Shown here: positions 1 to 8,662 of the stretch, one piece after another | Layout: the number at the start of each line of letters is the position of its first letter | Position numbering within the stretch: position 1 is the stretch's first letter | IMG/VR virus record: IMGVR_UViG_3300027736_000038 | Span: 1-64,000 of that record | Source: an uncultured virus (IMG/VR IMGVR_UViG_3300027736_000038) | Lineage: Duplodnaviria; Heunggongvirae; Uroviricota; Caudoviricetes | DNA: 64,000 nt | Direction: 5' to 3' (one strand) | Made by a program: the position numbers and the translations under genes | The notes under the pieces: generated by a model | Told to the model about the DNA's origin: nothing | The model's database searches: none | The model's input: the letters and a program-made list of their open reading frames with translations, nothing else

Positions 1-13
1 CTCTAGTGTCCAT
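1..13 (-). CDS. 5' end of a gene running off the window (MDTR...)
   Basis: ATG at 13-11 preceded by AGGAG SD and a sigma70-like promoter at 41-69; truncated by the window edge. Confidence 0.5.
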
Positions 14-40
14 GTAAATCTCCTAGGTAAGTTATAGCAT

Positions 41-69
41 ATTATACAGTATTCCTGGAAGAAAAGCTA
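41..69 (-). promoter_or_regulatory. sigma70-like promoter (TAGCTT-17-TATAAT)
   Basis: Perfect -10, weak -35, 17-nt spacer, upstream of SD and ATG. Confidence 0.45.
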
Positions 70-97
70 GCATTAATCCCAACAATTGAGCCAAATG

Positions 98-1198
98 CTA
101 TTTTATGAAAAGTCGGTAAATCGTACTAACTATACCAATATTTTCAGCTTGTGCCCGGCGGGCAAACTCTCCAGACATGATATAGTCTTGGTTGTAACGA
201 CTAGATTCTTGAGTAGCATCAACAAGATCCTGGATACTGTACTGAGAAAACTGTTTTATCAAATTTACAATGCTAACTAACCGTGTGATGTTACCGGGAT
301 CTGAGTCCCAACTGGTATCAAATTTATAATCAAATTGAAATCCCAAACGTGAGAGTCTACCGTAGGTGTCATATTGTCCAACCGGCACAAATGCAGTTCC
401 GCCAACTAGACATTTAAGAGTTTTTTCAGTAATGAACGGCCCGGGACGAATGAACCTGCCTTGATCATTGTCCATATAACTGTAGTGCAAGCTTTCATTA
501 GTAAAGTGTATAGCAGCTTGTTGATATGCTGCACCCCATGGGTCAGCTGTGTACTGTTGATAATTCTTGTCTTCGGTGTAGTTATCCCCAATGTCCCGGG
601 GGCGGCCTGCGTATTTGTCCCAAAATATATTGGCCAGAGTGTCCAACAATTTGTTACCTGTTGGCTCTCGATAGTGAACATTTTTCTCCTCTACCCAGTT
701 GCTGAGTTTGAGCAAGCACTGATCTGTTCCGATATACTCTGCCAATGCAGTAAACACCAGCAGCTTGCTTTGTGTAATACGATTACAAAAGGCACTGGTT
801 AAATATTGTCGCTTGGTATCCCACCCAGGGTTTGGAAACCATTCCAGCATTTTTTTAATCTGTGAGTGCCAAAATATGTATGTAAAAGGATACACATTAC
901 TGGCATGAGGCCAGTTGTAATATTCTGAGTCTGACAAAACAATAATCGGCGCCTGAACTCGTTTTGCTTGTTGATTGACCCACTCGACATCCACTGGTTC
1001 CAAGTGGAAGCTTACTACATAACCATCACACCCCAATGGAAGATCTAACTTGCCTAGCCCTGGCAAAGATGGCCATCTTTGCCAAAGGGCAAGATACCAA
1101 GTATCGGGAAATTTTTTTAACCACTGCACATAGTAGTTCTGGGACCATCGATTGTCTAACTGACTAGGTCGACCTGTCCATTCCCTGGGCACTAACAT
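98..1198 (-). CDS. putative glycosyltransferase-like protein (GT10/fucosyltransferase-like C-terminus)
   Basis: C-terminal 'NES...FITEKTLKCLVGGTAFVPVG...LSRLGF...SWD' pattern typical of phage GT-B-like proteins; start moved from 1234 to the ATG at 1198, which lies 4 nt after a TAAATG late-like box. Confidence 0.5.
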   Translation of the reverse strand: MLVPREWTGRPSQLDNRWSQNYYVQWLKKFPDTWYLALWQRWPSLPGLGKLDLPLGCDGYVVSFHLEPVDVEWVNQQAKRVQAPIIVLSDSEYYNWPHASNVYPFTYIFWHSQIKKMLEWFPNPGWDTKRQYLTSAFCNRITQSKLLVFTALAEYIGTDQCLLKLSNWVEEKNVHYREPTGNKLLDTLANIFWDKYAGRPRDIGDNYTEDKNYQQYTADPWGAAYQQAAIHFTNESLHYSYMDNDQGRFIRPGPFITEKTLKCLVGGTAFVPVGQYDTYGRLSRLGFQFDYKFDTSWDSDPGNITRLVSIVNLIKQFSQYSIQDLVDATQESSRYNQDYIMSGEFARRAQAENIGIVSTIYRLFIK

Positions 1199-1227
1199 AT
1201 TCCATTTATCAAGCATATGAATATATA

Positions 1228-1304
1228 TGCTCACTTTGGACCACAGGGTAGCGAATCCGTGATTCCCGGGCAGCAGCCGCCCACCGCACCTTAACGGTCC
1301 TAGG
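1228..1304 (-). ncRNA. putative structured RNA with segments complementary to 16S and 23S rRNA
   Basis: GC-rich intergenic element with two hairpins; plus strand contains GGTAGCGAA (1247-1255), CAGCAGCCGC (1271-1280) and TAACGGTCCTA (1292-1302). Confidence 0.55.
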
Positions 1305-1452
1305 CTTGGTTCTGTTCGCGCTCTGAGCGCATTTTATATAGCATGTTTTGGATAACACGGATGTCATCCTGCTGTTGTACACTTTCTTGTACCAGTTTGA
1401 TAAACTCTAAACTGGCAGCGTCGTCTTCGAACAGGTCATCGACAATCATCAT
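1300..1452 (-). CDS. small hypothetical protein (50 aa, MMIVDDLFEDDAASLEF...EQNQA), not in the ORF track
   Basis: ATGA overlap with the stop of the upstream gene; open to TAG at 1300-1302; N-terminus resembles capsid-targeting-type leaders. Confidence 0.6.
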   Translation of the reverse strand: MMIVDDLFEDDAASLEFIKLVQESVQQQDDIRVIQNMLYKMRSEREQNQA

Positions 1453-3128
1453 TGCTCCTCGATGTAGTCAGCCGACTCAAGTTTTTGGCGCCGGTGTGAG
1501 CGATACATTTCACATGCCAGGCCAGCTTCGTCTAGACTCTTGAACTTGACCCTGCTGGGACGACCCTTGATACTGATACGGAATCCGTCGTCTTCGTTGC
1601 CGTGAATCTTGAGATCATGCCCGTCATCAGTTGTGACAGTTTTGACTGCAGATCCAATTGTGTCACTGCTGTGGGTAGGTGTGTGTTTGCTGGCCAAGGC
1701 AGCGTCATGCTTGACTGCATCGGCTACACTTTGCAAGTAGTCGCCCAGTTTGCGCTTTTCTTTGTCTAACACATCTTCCTGTGCGATGGCCTCGTCAATC
1801 TGGGGTTGCCAGTAAGACTCTTCAACTTCGTCTACTGCAATGTTTTCACCACCGGCTTCGATAGCACCAATACCATCAGCATCATGTGCAACCTGTTCCA
1901 GCTGCAGCCAGTAGCGGCGCGGCACAGTCATCATGCCCGACTCAGGGTCTTGCTCGACCACATCACCAAATCTCTCCATCACAGCATTGTACGCACGTTC
2001 GGTATCCAAGTGGAATCCGACCCGATCTGTGCTGGCTTCTTCTACCTGTCCCTGGTTGTGTGCTTTCCATGTGGTAGCATACGCAATGGCTTTTTCTTTA
2101 CCGGTCAGTTTACCATCTCGAGCATAACCTTGCTTGATGTGCTTGACCATGCGTTCGGCTTTAGCACCCGGGGGTGCGACTTCATCTACACCTTGAGCTC
2201 GTTTTTGGTATGCTGCCTCACGACGGGCTAATTCTTTTTTGGCATCTTCGTATGGGACTAATGCTCTTGAACCTGGTCCTGCGGCCACCACTCCTTTTAA
2301 GTATCCGACGCCGTACCGAGCCATGCTTTCCTCATGCTCTTTAGCTTCGGCATCCTTTGTTGCTTGTACACGCTGATTTAAGGTTTGTTGAGCGTCGGGA
2401 GTAAAGCTGCCACCGGACCCGGGCAACGAGACGCCGCCTGCACTTGCACCCATGGCCATCGAACCTGCCAACGCTGCTGCACCAAGCTTTTGTTTCCAGC
2501 CTTCCTCAACATCTTGCTCTTTTTTAACAACAAAAGATACATGCTTGTTTCCGGTGTTGGGATCTGTATATGTGCTCTTGAATACCTTGCCGCCGTGAGT
2601 TTTGGCATGTGCAAATGCTTCTGGCTTGCTGTCAAAACGATTAGAGGGCGGCTTAACCATCGGGCTTGCTTCTTCCGCCACACCTGATTGACCTTTTAAT
2701 GCCTGTAATAACGCTTCTGCTACTACGCGGTCTATGTCTTGTTGGTCTTTTGTTAATTGATTAAATGGCACCATTTGTGCTATTCTATCAGCCATTTTTT
2801 TATCAAACTTTCCTTTTGCACGTAACGTCTCGGTATCATCAAATTGATCAGGATCGTCTACAAATTTTTGTGCCACTGACCACCAACCTTTATGAACAGC
2901 ATCACTTATTTGATCAATATTAGTAATACCAGATTCAATTGCTTGTTTAGCATAGGCGGCGCTGGCTAAATTAGCTTGCCATCCAAATGTGTTACCAGGA
3001 CTACTACGACCATAGTGATATTTGTCATCTAATGCCTTGTCACTAATCTGTGCTAGCTGGCTAATGTCCATGTTTTCATTAATCATGTCAATATATTTTC
3101 TAAACAATTCACTAACATTCTCGTCCAT
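1449..3128 (-). CDS. modular acidic protein, putative head-packaged polyprotein; N-terminal RyR-repeat-like domain
   Basis: 559 aa; 'ISDAVHKGW...MVPFNQLTKDQQDIDR' resembles RyR repeats; modules separated by VAEE/VEEG/VDEV/VEEA/VEES; AGGA SD. Confidence 0.6.
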   Translation of the reverse strand: MDENVSELFRKYIDMINENMDISQLAQISDKALDDKYHYGRSSPGNTFGWQANLASAAYAKQAIESGITNIDQISDAVHKGWWSVAQKFVDDPDQFDDTETLRAKGKFDKKMADRIAQMVPFNQLTKDQQDIDRVVAEALLQALKGQSGVAEEASPMVKPPSNRFDSKPEAFAHAKTHGGKVFKSTYTDPNTGNKHVSFVVKKEQDVEEGWKQKLGAAALAGSMAMGASAGGVSLPGSGGSFTPDAQQTLNQRVQATKDAEAKEHEESMARYGVGYLKGVVAAGPGSRALVPYEDAKKELARREAAYQKRAQGVDEVAPPGAKAERMVKHIKQGYARDGKLTGKEKAIAYATTWKAHNQGQVEEASTDRVGFHLDTERAYNAVMERFGDVVEQDPESGMMTVPRRYWLQLEQVAHDADGIGAIEAGGENIAVDEVEESYWQPQIDEAIAQEDVLDKEKRKLGDYLQSVADAVKHDAALASKHTPTHSSDTIGSAVKTVTTDDGHDLKIHGNEDDGFRISIKGRPSRVKFKSLDEAGLACEMYRSHRRQKLESADYIEEQ

Positions 3129-3138
3129 TTTATTTTCC

Positions 3139-3498
3139 TTAATAACTTAATTTAACGTAATTAACTAAACCTTGATTGAAATCTACAATCTTTGCTCTCA
3201 TATATACAAAGTTACCGGTAACATTTGTGTATTGTGTAGCGTTTGGATTGTCGCTCCCGTTAAACTCATATACATCAAACCATTGATTATCCACTGTTGC
3301 AGGATTCGCTAGTGTTGCTTGTATAACAATGTTTCCAATAATATTGGTTACACTAAGATTAACAGTCTGTAAATCTCTGTTCCCTAAATAATATGCTGCG
3401 GCTGGTTGAGCATTCCCCACAACTGTGTAAGGTGCTCCGTTGCCTGGATTTACATAGGCTGTTTGTGGTAACAGAATAAGTGTAGTAGATTGGCTCAT
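3139..3498 (-). CDS. hypothetical beta-rich virion protein
   Basis: 119 aa; 'GNIVIQATL..WFDV..GNFVYMRAK' resembles the C-terminal part of 60014-60778. Confidence 0.55.
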   Translation of the reverse strand: MSQSTTLILLPQTAYVNPGNGAPYTVVGNAQPAAAYYLGNRDLQTVNLSVTNIIGNIVIQATLANPATVDNQWFDVYEFNGSDNPNATQYTNVTGNFVYMRAKIVDFNQGLVNYVKLSY

Positions 3499-3665
3499 TA
3501 TGCTTTTACCACTTCAACTACCACGTGTTGTCCCACTAATTCTTGGGCAACTTGCTCAATTGCCGCTTGTATTTCTTCGGAAATGCAGGTTGTTTGCTCT
3601 GCTGCCCCGTCTTTTACAAGCGAACTAAATTTGATTACGATTACATCTTCTACGATTTGTGCCAT
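3498..3665 (-). CDS. small hypothetical protein (MAQIVEDV...)
   Basis: GGAG SD and late box upstream; start reassigned to ATG 3665. Confidence 0.65.
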   Translation of the reverse strand: MAQIVEDVIVIKFSSLVKDGAAEQTTCISEEIQAAIEQVAQELVGQHVVVEVVKA

Positions 3666-3692
3666 GATAATACTCCATAGAGTATTTATCAT
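3664..3692 (-). promoter_or_regulatory. late promoter (GATAAATA, 3683-3690) inside an RBS-sequestering inverted repeat
   Basis: ATGATAATACTC / GAGTATTTATCAT, near-perfect inverted repeat with one bulge, covering SD and AUG. Confidence 0.6.
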
Positions 3693-3693
3693 T

Positions 3694-4428
3694 TTAGACA
3701 GGATCGGGACGTTTTTCTAATTTGTATCGTTTTCCAAGCATATGGCCATACATTAGCACCAGATAACTTAATGTACTTTCATTATCGTAATCAATAGAAT
3801 GAGTTCCACTAGTATAACGATAACTCCAACTGTTAAGTGCAGCAATCGGCCGTTTAACATACCCGTCTAACCATTTGCATAGCGCATCGCTAGGGACTAA
3901 TTCTTTACTTTTACTAACAGTATCATATAAATCTTTAACAAAAGTTTTATCTTCAATGTACGCAGTTTTTAAGTAAATCCTGTAGTTATGCTTTGGCTTA
4001 TTAACATAGTATTTTGTACCAGCAAACTGCTCTACTTGTACCTCAGTAATTTTTACAGTAATCGGTCCAAGGTCCTTTAATGTCAGCAATAATTCTAAAT
4101 CATTACTATAAACTGAAGATGTATCACCCTCAAGTCTAAACGTTATTGATCCGGGCTTTTTGTTACTATTACGCCAATCAATGAAGTTAGTAATTTCGTT
4201 GAAATTTCCTACAACCATAGCTTTTCTATCTACTCTTAATCTATTGTATCCAGTAGAATCTATTCGTTTTACTAAATCTTCTGGAGTTTCAACATAGCTA
4301 GAAAGACCCAACCCATCTATTCTGAATTTAGCACGATATCTATATTTACCGTAATAGTTGTTTTCCTTATATTCATAATAATCAATATTAGGAACGTCTT
4401 TAACTGACCTCAATAATCCCATTTTCAT
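3694..4428 (-). CDS. hypothetical protein
   Basis: 244-aa ORF overlapping the end of clpA; no recognised motif. Confidence 0.65.
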   Translation of the reverse strand: MKMGLLRSVKDVPNIDYYEYKENNYYGKYRYRAKFRIDGLGLSSYVETPEDLVKRIDSTGYNRLRVDRKAMVVGNFNEITNFIDWRNSNKKPGSITFRLEGDTSSVYSNDLELLLTLKDLGPITVKITEVQVEQFAGTKYYVNKPKHNYRIYLKTAYIEDKTFVKDLYDTVSKSKELVPSDALCKWLDGYVKRPIAALNSWSYRYTSGTHSIDYDNESTLSYLVLMYGHMLGKRYKLEKRPDPV

Positions 4429-6661
4429 TTACTTTCGCTGTTAATTTTTGTGTTACTGCAAAATCAATTGCACCGTCTGTCATCACAACATTGATTGTAG
4501 CAGATTTAATGCGTTCAAACAATACTTTTTTACTTAGAGGCACCCGAATCAATTCATCAATCTTACGTGCTAATGGTCGTGCGCCCATTTTCTTATCGTA
4601 ACCTTGTTCTGCCAAATACTCAACTACTGGCTCACTCAAGTTCAATGTGATATCATGCTTATCAACCAAACTCTTTTTCAAGTCATCGGTAAACTTGATA
4701 ACAATCTTCTTAATAGCAAGGGTATCTAACTTGTTAAACTTGCAAATCAAGTCAACACGATTTCTAAACTCAGGTTTAAAGAATTCTTTCAATGCTCTAT
4801 CATCTTCACCGGTCTTCTCTTGATTACCAAATCCAATGTTGTTGCGTTCACTATCACTACTACCCAAGTTACTGGTCATGATAATGATACTGTTCTTACA
4901 GTTAACTTGCTTGCCATTAGATCCAGTGATATGACCTTCATCCAACATCTGTAAGAAGATATTAAAGATATCTGGATGTGCTTTCTCAACTTCATCAAAT
5001 AACATGATACTATGTGGGTTCTTACTCAAGTCATTAATCAATCGTCCACCACTCACTTGACTGTCACCAAAGCCAACATATCCAGGAGGAGGTCCAATCA
5101 AACTGCTAACACTATGCTTCTCTCCATACTCACTCATATCATACTTAAGCAATGGCATATCTAAGTTCTTACTCAATAGTTTAGCAAGTTCAGTCTTACC
5201 AGTACCAGTTGGTCCTAAGAATAAGAAACTTGCTGTAGGTTTCTTATCATTGCCGATACCAGCAAATGAAACATAAACACGTTCAAGTACCTGTTGTACA
5301 GTTTCATCTTGTCCGTATAGTTTGTCCTTAATGTTTGATTCTAATTTATGAATCAATTCAAAGTTATCACCCTTCATCTTATCAGCAGGTACGCCAGTGA
5401 ATCGTTCAACTTGGTCAAACACAAGTTCTTTAGTAATCATTGCGCCCTTGTTCTCTGCTACACGTTGTTTAGCACAAGCGGCATCAAGCAAATCAATACT
5501 CTTGTCCGGGTTCTTTCGGTCATGAATGTAACGGTCAGCACTTTCAACTGCTGCTTTGATAGCTTCATCTGTGATTTCAACGTTGTGGAAATCATTCAGT
5601 CGGCTACTCAACCCATTCAGAATACGAATTGTTGTATCATGGTTAGGTTCGTCAACAGTTACACGATAGAACCTACGCATCAATGCACGATCCTTCTCAA
5701 AACTTTCGTAGTATTCTTCCCAAGTTGTGCTAGCAATAACTTTAAGAGTGCCCTTAGTGATTGCGGGTTTAATCATATTAGCAAAGTCAACTGACCCATT
5801 GTTTGAGCCACCTGAACCCTGCATAGTGTGTGCTTCATCAATGAAAAGAATAGTCTTTTTCTTTGTGTTCAGTGCATCTAATACTGCTTTGACCTTTTCT
5901 TCAAAGTCTCCGCGATACTTACTACCAGCAAGCAAACTACCCACTTCTAAACTATATAGTTGATGATCCTGCAAAAATTCTGGAACTTCTTTGTTAATCA
6001 TCATCTGTGCTAGACCTTCAGCAATTGCTGTTTTACCAACGCCAGGATCACCGACCATCAATACGTTTGACTTGAAACGTTTAGCAAGTACGTTAATGAT
6101 ATCATCAAGTTCTTTTGTGCGACCGATCAATGGTTCAAGTTTGCCCTGTGCTGCTAGTTGAGTTAGATTGATTGTATATTCCTCAAGGATCTCGTCAGCT
6201 TGACCATCTGTTAGATTAGTAGTTTCGTTATGTTTATAATTTTTCTGCCAATGTGCTACGAATTCATTTTTGCTAATTCCATACTTCAATAAGAAATAAT
6301 GAGCATGACTATTGCCTTCGGATGCGATACTTAGATATAAATCAACTGTAGTGACTTGTCTACGACCAGTAAACAAAACTTGTGTTACTGAACGATTCAT
6401 TACACGTTCCAAACTATTTGTTTTGCGTGGAACTACTTCATCTTCTTTGCTTACGATAGCATGTAGACTATCCAAATATGAACCAATTTCCAGGATCATA
6501 GTTTCTACATCAGCACCATAACTTACTATACATTTTTTAAATGAAGTGTGGCTTATTAGTGCTAGCAATAAATGTTCTACTGTAACATATTGGTGTTTAC
6601 GACTTTTAGCAAACTCAATTGATTGTTCAATAATGTTTTCGATTTCGGGTGAATGTGTCAT
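4400..6661 (-). CDS. clpA: ClpA-like Hsp100 AAA+ unfoldase
   Basis: Clp N-domain, two Walker A motifs (GDPGVGKT, GPTGTGKT), FIDEAH, FDEVEKAH, PPGYVG, IGF ClpP-docking loop, GARPL; no ClpB middle domain. Confidence 0.92.
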   Translation of the reverse strand: MTHSPEIENIIEQSIEFAKSRKHQYVTVEHLLLALISHTSFKKCIVSYGADVETMILEIGSYLDSLHAIVSKEDEVVPRKTNSLERVMNRSVTQVLFTGRRQVTTVDLYLSIASEGNSHAHYFLLKYGISKNEFVAHWQKNYKHNETTNLTDGQADEILEEYTINLTQLAAQGKLEPLIGRTKELDDIINVLAKRFKSNVLMVGDPGVGKTAIAEGLAQMMINKEVPEFLQDHQLYSLEVGSLLAGSKYRGDFEEKVKAVLDALNTKKKTILFIDEAHTMQGSGGSNNGSVDFANMIKPAITKGTLKVIASTTWEEYYESFEKDRALMRRFYRVTVDEPNHDTTIRILNGLSSRLNDFHNVEITDEAIKAAVESADRYIHDRKNPDKSIDLLDAACAKQRVAENKGAMITKELVFDQVERFTGVPADKMKGDNFELIHKLESNIKDKLYGQDETVQQVLERVYVSFAGIGNDKKPTASFLFLGPTGTGKTELAKLLSKNLDMPLLKYDMSEYGEKHSVSSLIGPPPGYVGFGDSQVSGGRLINDLSKNPHSIMLFDEVEKAHPDIFNIFLQMLDEGHITGSNGKQVNCKNSIIIMTSNLGSSDSERNNIGFGNQEKTGEDDRALKEFFKPEFRNRVDLICKFNKLDTLAIKKIVIKFTDDLKKSLVDKHDITLNLSEPVVEYLAEQGYDKKMGARPLARKIDELIRVPLSKKVLFERIKSATINVVMTDGAIDFAVTQKLTAKVNENGIIEVS

Positions 6662-7464
6662 TTAGACTCCTTTAGTTTTTGTTGAGAAATGCTATTGATA
6701 ACCGCTTCATCAATGATATCAGGAATAAACGGTTTTAGCAAGATTATTTGGTCACCGTATCCACTAGTGTTGTAGATGGGCATACCTTGTCCTGTTAATT
6801 TCAATTGTATATAGGGTTGTGTTCGTGGTTTTACTGTTACCTCAAGTGTTTTTCCAGATAAGGTCGTGAATTCAAAAGTAGTTCCAATAATCAAATCTAA
6901 TACTGATATAGAATGGTTACAAACTAAATCATTACCTTGTCTATCATATTTAAGATGCGGGTCGATACGAAAATCTACTACTAAACTAGCACCATCTAAT
7001 ACGTTATCGATTTTCATTTGATTACCATTTTGTACCCCTTTGGGTATTTGAATAGTTACCGCATGAACATTAGTAGGTGTTTGTAATTTCAATAATTGTT
7101 CACCGCCGTTGAATGCTTGTTCTAGTGATATGTTTATTGTAGTACGGAATACTTGTTGTTGTGGTTGTTGTCTACGTTGATTAAACGGGTCAAACGGGTT
7201 ACCGCCACCAAACATCTGCCCAAATATGTGTTCAAATCCTTGAGGCATTCCACCCTGATGGTGAAATCCTTGTGGCATGGGATTATCATATTGTTGACGT
7301 TTTTCTGGGCTGCTTAATGTATCGTAAGCCGCTTGTATATCTTGAAATTTAGCCTTGTCGCCGCCTTTATCAGGATGATGCTGACTAGCCAATTTGCGAT
7401 ATGATTTTTTTATTTCATCAGGGGTTGCATTTTTACTAACACCCAAAGTATTGTAATGGTCCAT
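6658..7464 (-). CDS. dnaJ: DnaJ/CbpA-like J-domain co-chaperone
   Basis: J-domain with HHPDKGG, G/F-rich linker, C-terminal DnaJ domain, no zinc finger. Confidence 0.9.
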   Translation of the reverse strand: MDHYNTLGVSKNATPDEIKKSYRKLASQHHPDKGGDKAKFQDIQAAYDTLSSPEKRQQYDNPMPQGFHHQGGMPQGFEHIFGQMFGGGNPFDPFNQRRQQPQQQVFRTTINISLEQAFNGGEQLLKLQTPTNVHAVTIQIPKGVQNGNQMKIDNVLDGASLVVDFRIDPHLKYDRQGNDLVCNHSISVLDLIIGTTFEFTTLSGKTLEVTVKPRTQPYIQLKLTGQGMPIYNTSGYGDQIILLKPFIPDIIDEAVINSISQQKLKESK

Positions 7465-7470
7465 TTAAAC

Positions 7471-7499
7471 ATTATAGCATACTACTATGCTATTGTCAA
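7471..7499 (-). promoter_or_regulatory. consensus sigma70 promoter for dnaJ-clpA
   Basis: TTGACA-17-TATAAT with extended TG; ATG 6 nt downstream. Confidence 0.85.
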
Positions 7500-7504
7500 C
7501 ACTT

Positions 7505-8104
7505 TTAATTAGCGCCGGCAACCTTTTCTTTAGTGCGGCCATATGCTGCGATACCCAATACAGCACCCATAGCAATATGATATAGTCCTGCACCCTGTAA
7601 GGTTAGTGGTTGCCACTGACTAGTAACTTGTCCATGGTTTAATGCTTGCAATAGACTCCAAAGAACGGGAAACAAAATAAAATCTGCAAAACAGGTAGAC
7701 ATATATAACCATCCCATCATAGGGCGCCATTTTGAATTTACCCAATGTTCGCTTTCTTTGTCATGTGCAACTAATATATCGGCACCACTTGCTGCATTAG
7801 TGGGTGCAGCACCAGTTAATACGGGTTGCTGTCCTGTTGATTGATTAATGTTTTGTGTACTTCCAAATCCTGTACTTGGTTGTTGATTGAATCCTGGGGA
7901 GTTAAAACTGTTTTGATTGAATCCAGACGTTCCTGTTCCAAACGTTGAATTTCCACCAAAGCCTGTTGTAGTGCTGATAGTTCCATAAGTGCTTCCTTGT
8001 GGAAATTGAGATATAGTAGGATCAGCCGCTAACATATCGTGGTGATCGTCACTCTTTGCTACTGCTGAATCTGTTGTTGACTTTTGTGCTAATATAGTTG
8101 CCAT
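7505..8104 (-). CDS. putative holin (3TM/GTA-holin-like) with low-complexity N-terminus
   Basis: 'SKWRPMMGWLY...FPVLW...GAVLGIAAYGRTKEK' hydrophobic helices with WRP and G.R..EK motifs. Confidence 0.65.
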   Translation of the reverse strand: MATILAQKSTTDSAVAKSDDHHDMLAADPTISQFPQGSTYGTISTTTGFGGNSTFGTGTSGFNQNSFNSPGFNQQPSTGFGSTQNINQSTGQQPVLTGAAPTNAASGADILVAHDKESEHWVNSKWRPMMGWLYMSTCFADFILFPVLWSLLQALNHGQVTSQWQPLTLQGAGLYHIAMGAVLGIAAYGRTKEKVAGAN

Positions 8105-8105
8105 T

Positions 8106-8654
8106 TTATAACCCTGCCATTGATATAAATGCTTTTAATTCGCTATCTGGTTCGCCGTGTAGATTTATTGTATCTAATCCTGCACGATGACGCATCTCAT
8201 TTAAACCTTCTTCATCTTCATTTTCTTCACGATATTCATGTGGACTAATAGTAATTTTTTGTTTCAATAAATCTGCATCAGCATCATAATCTTCTTCATC
8301 AATATTTATAGTCCACTCGGTTACTTTTAAATCTGTTAATGTTTCTAAATCTTCTATTAATTCTACAATACGTTCTGGGACTTTTGTTCTGCGTTTCATC
8401 TCAACAAATACTAGATATTTGCCTGGACTTAATTCACCTTCACTTAAACTAGCATCAAGTACCCAATCATACCCACGTTCAAACCAATCAACTAAATCAT
8501 TGCCTGCTGCTTCACTTTTAACAGTAAATGCTAATGTAACAATATCACTGTCTTTACCCATCTTAGCAGAATATTCATCTACGGAAACGGTAGGTTCAAT
8601 TTGGTCTACCATATCCAAATAATCTAATCCTTCATTAATGATTCTTCTTGTCAT
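8106..8654 (-). CDS. hypothetical acidic protein
   Basis: 182-aa ORF in the late operon; N-terminal 'IINE|G'. Confidence 0.7.
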   Translation of the reverse strand: MTRRIINEGLDYLDMVDQIEPTVSVDEYSAKMGKDSDIVTLAFTVKSEAAGNDLVDWFERGYDWVLDASLSEGELSPGKYLVFVEMKRRTKVPERIVELIEDLETLTDLKVTEWTINIDEEDYDADADLLKQKITISPHEYREENEDEEGLNEMRHRAGLDTINLHGEPDSELKAFISMAGL

Positions 8655-8662
8655 GTTATACC

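Noticed and set aside
1291..1302. Stop-codon readthrough or TAG recoding at the small ORF
   Set aside because: An in-frame TAA follows two sense codons later; TAG ends other genes normally (98, 13061, 52523) and long ORFs are intact in the standard code
1228..1304. tRNA, rRNA gene fragment or intact I-CeuI homing site
   Set aside because: No cloverleaf or CCA; the rRNA-matching blocks are short, permuted and from both subunits, so not a contiguous rRNA piece or intact site
86..2687. Short plus-strand and alternative-frame ORFs in the left 2.7 kb
   Set aside because: They overlap better-supported minus-strand genes and are expected from the higher GC
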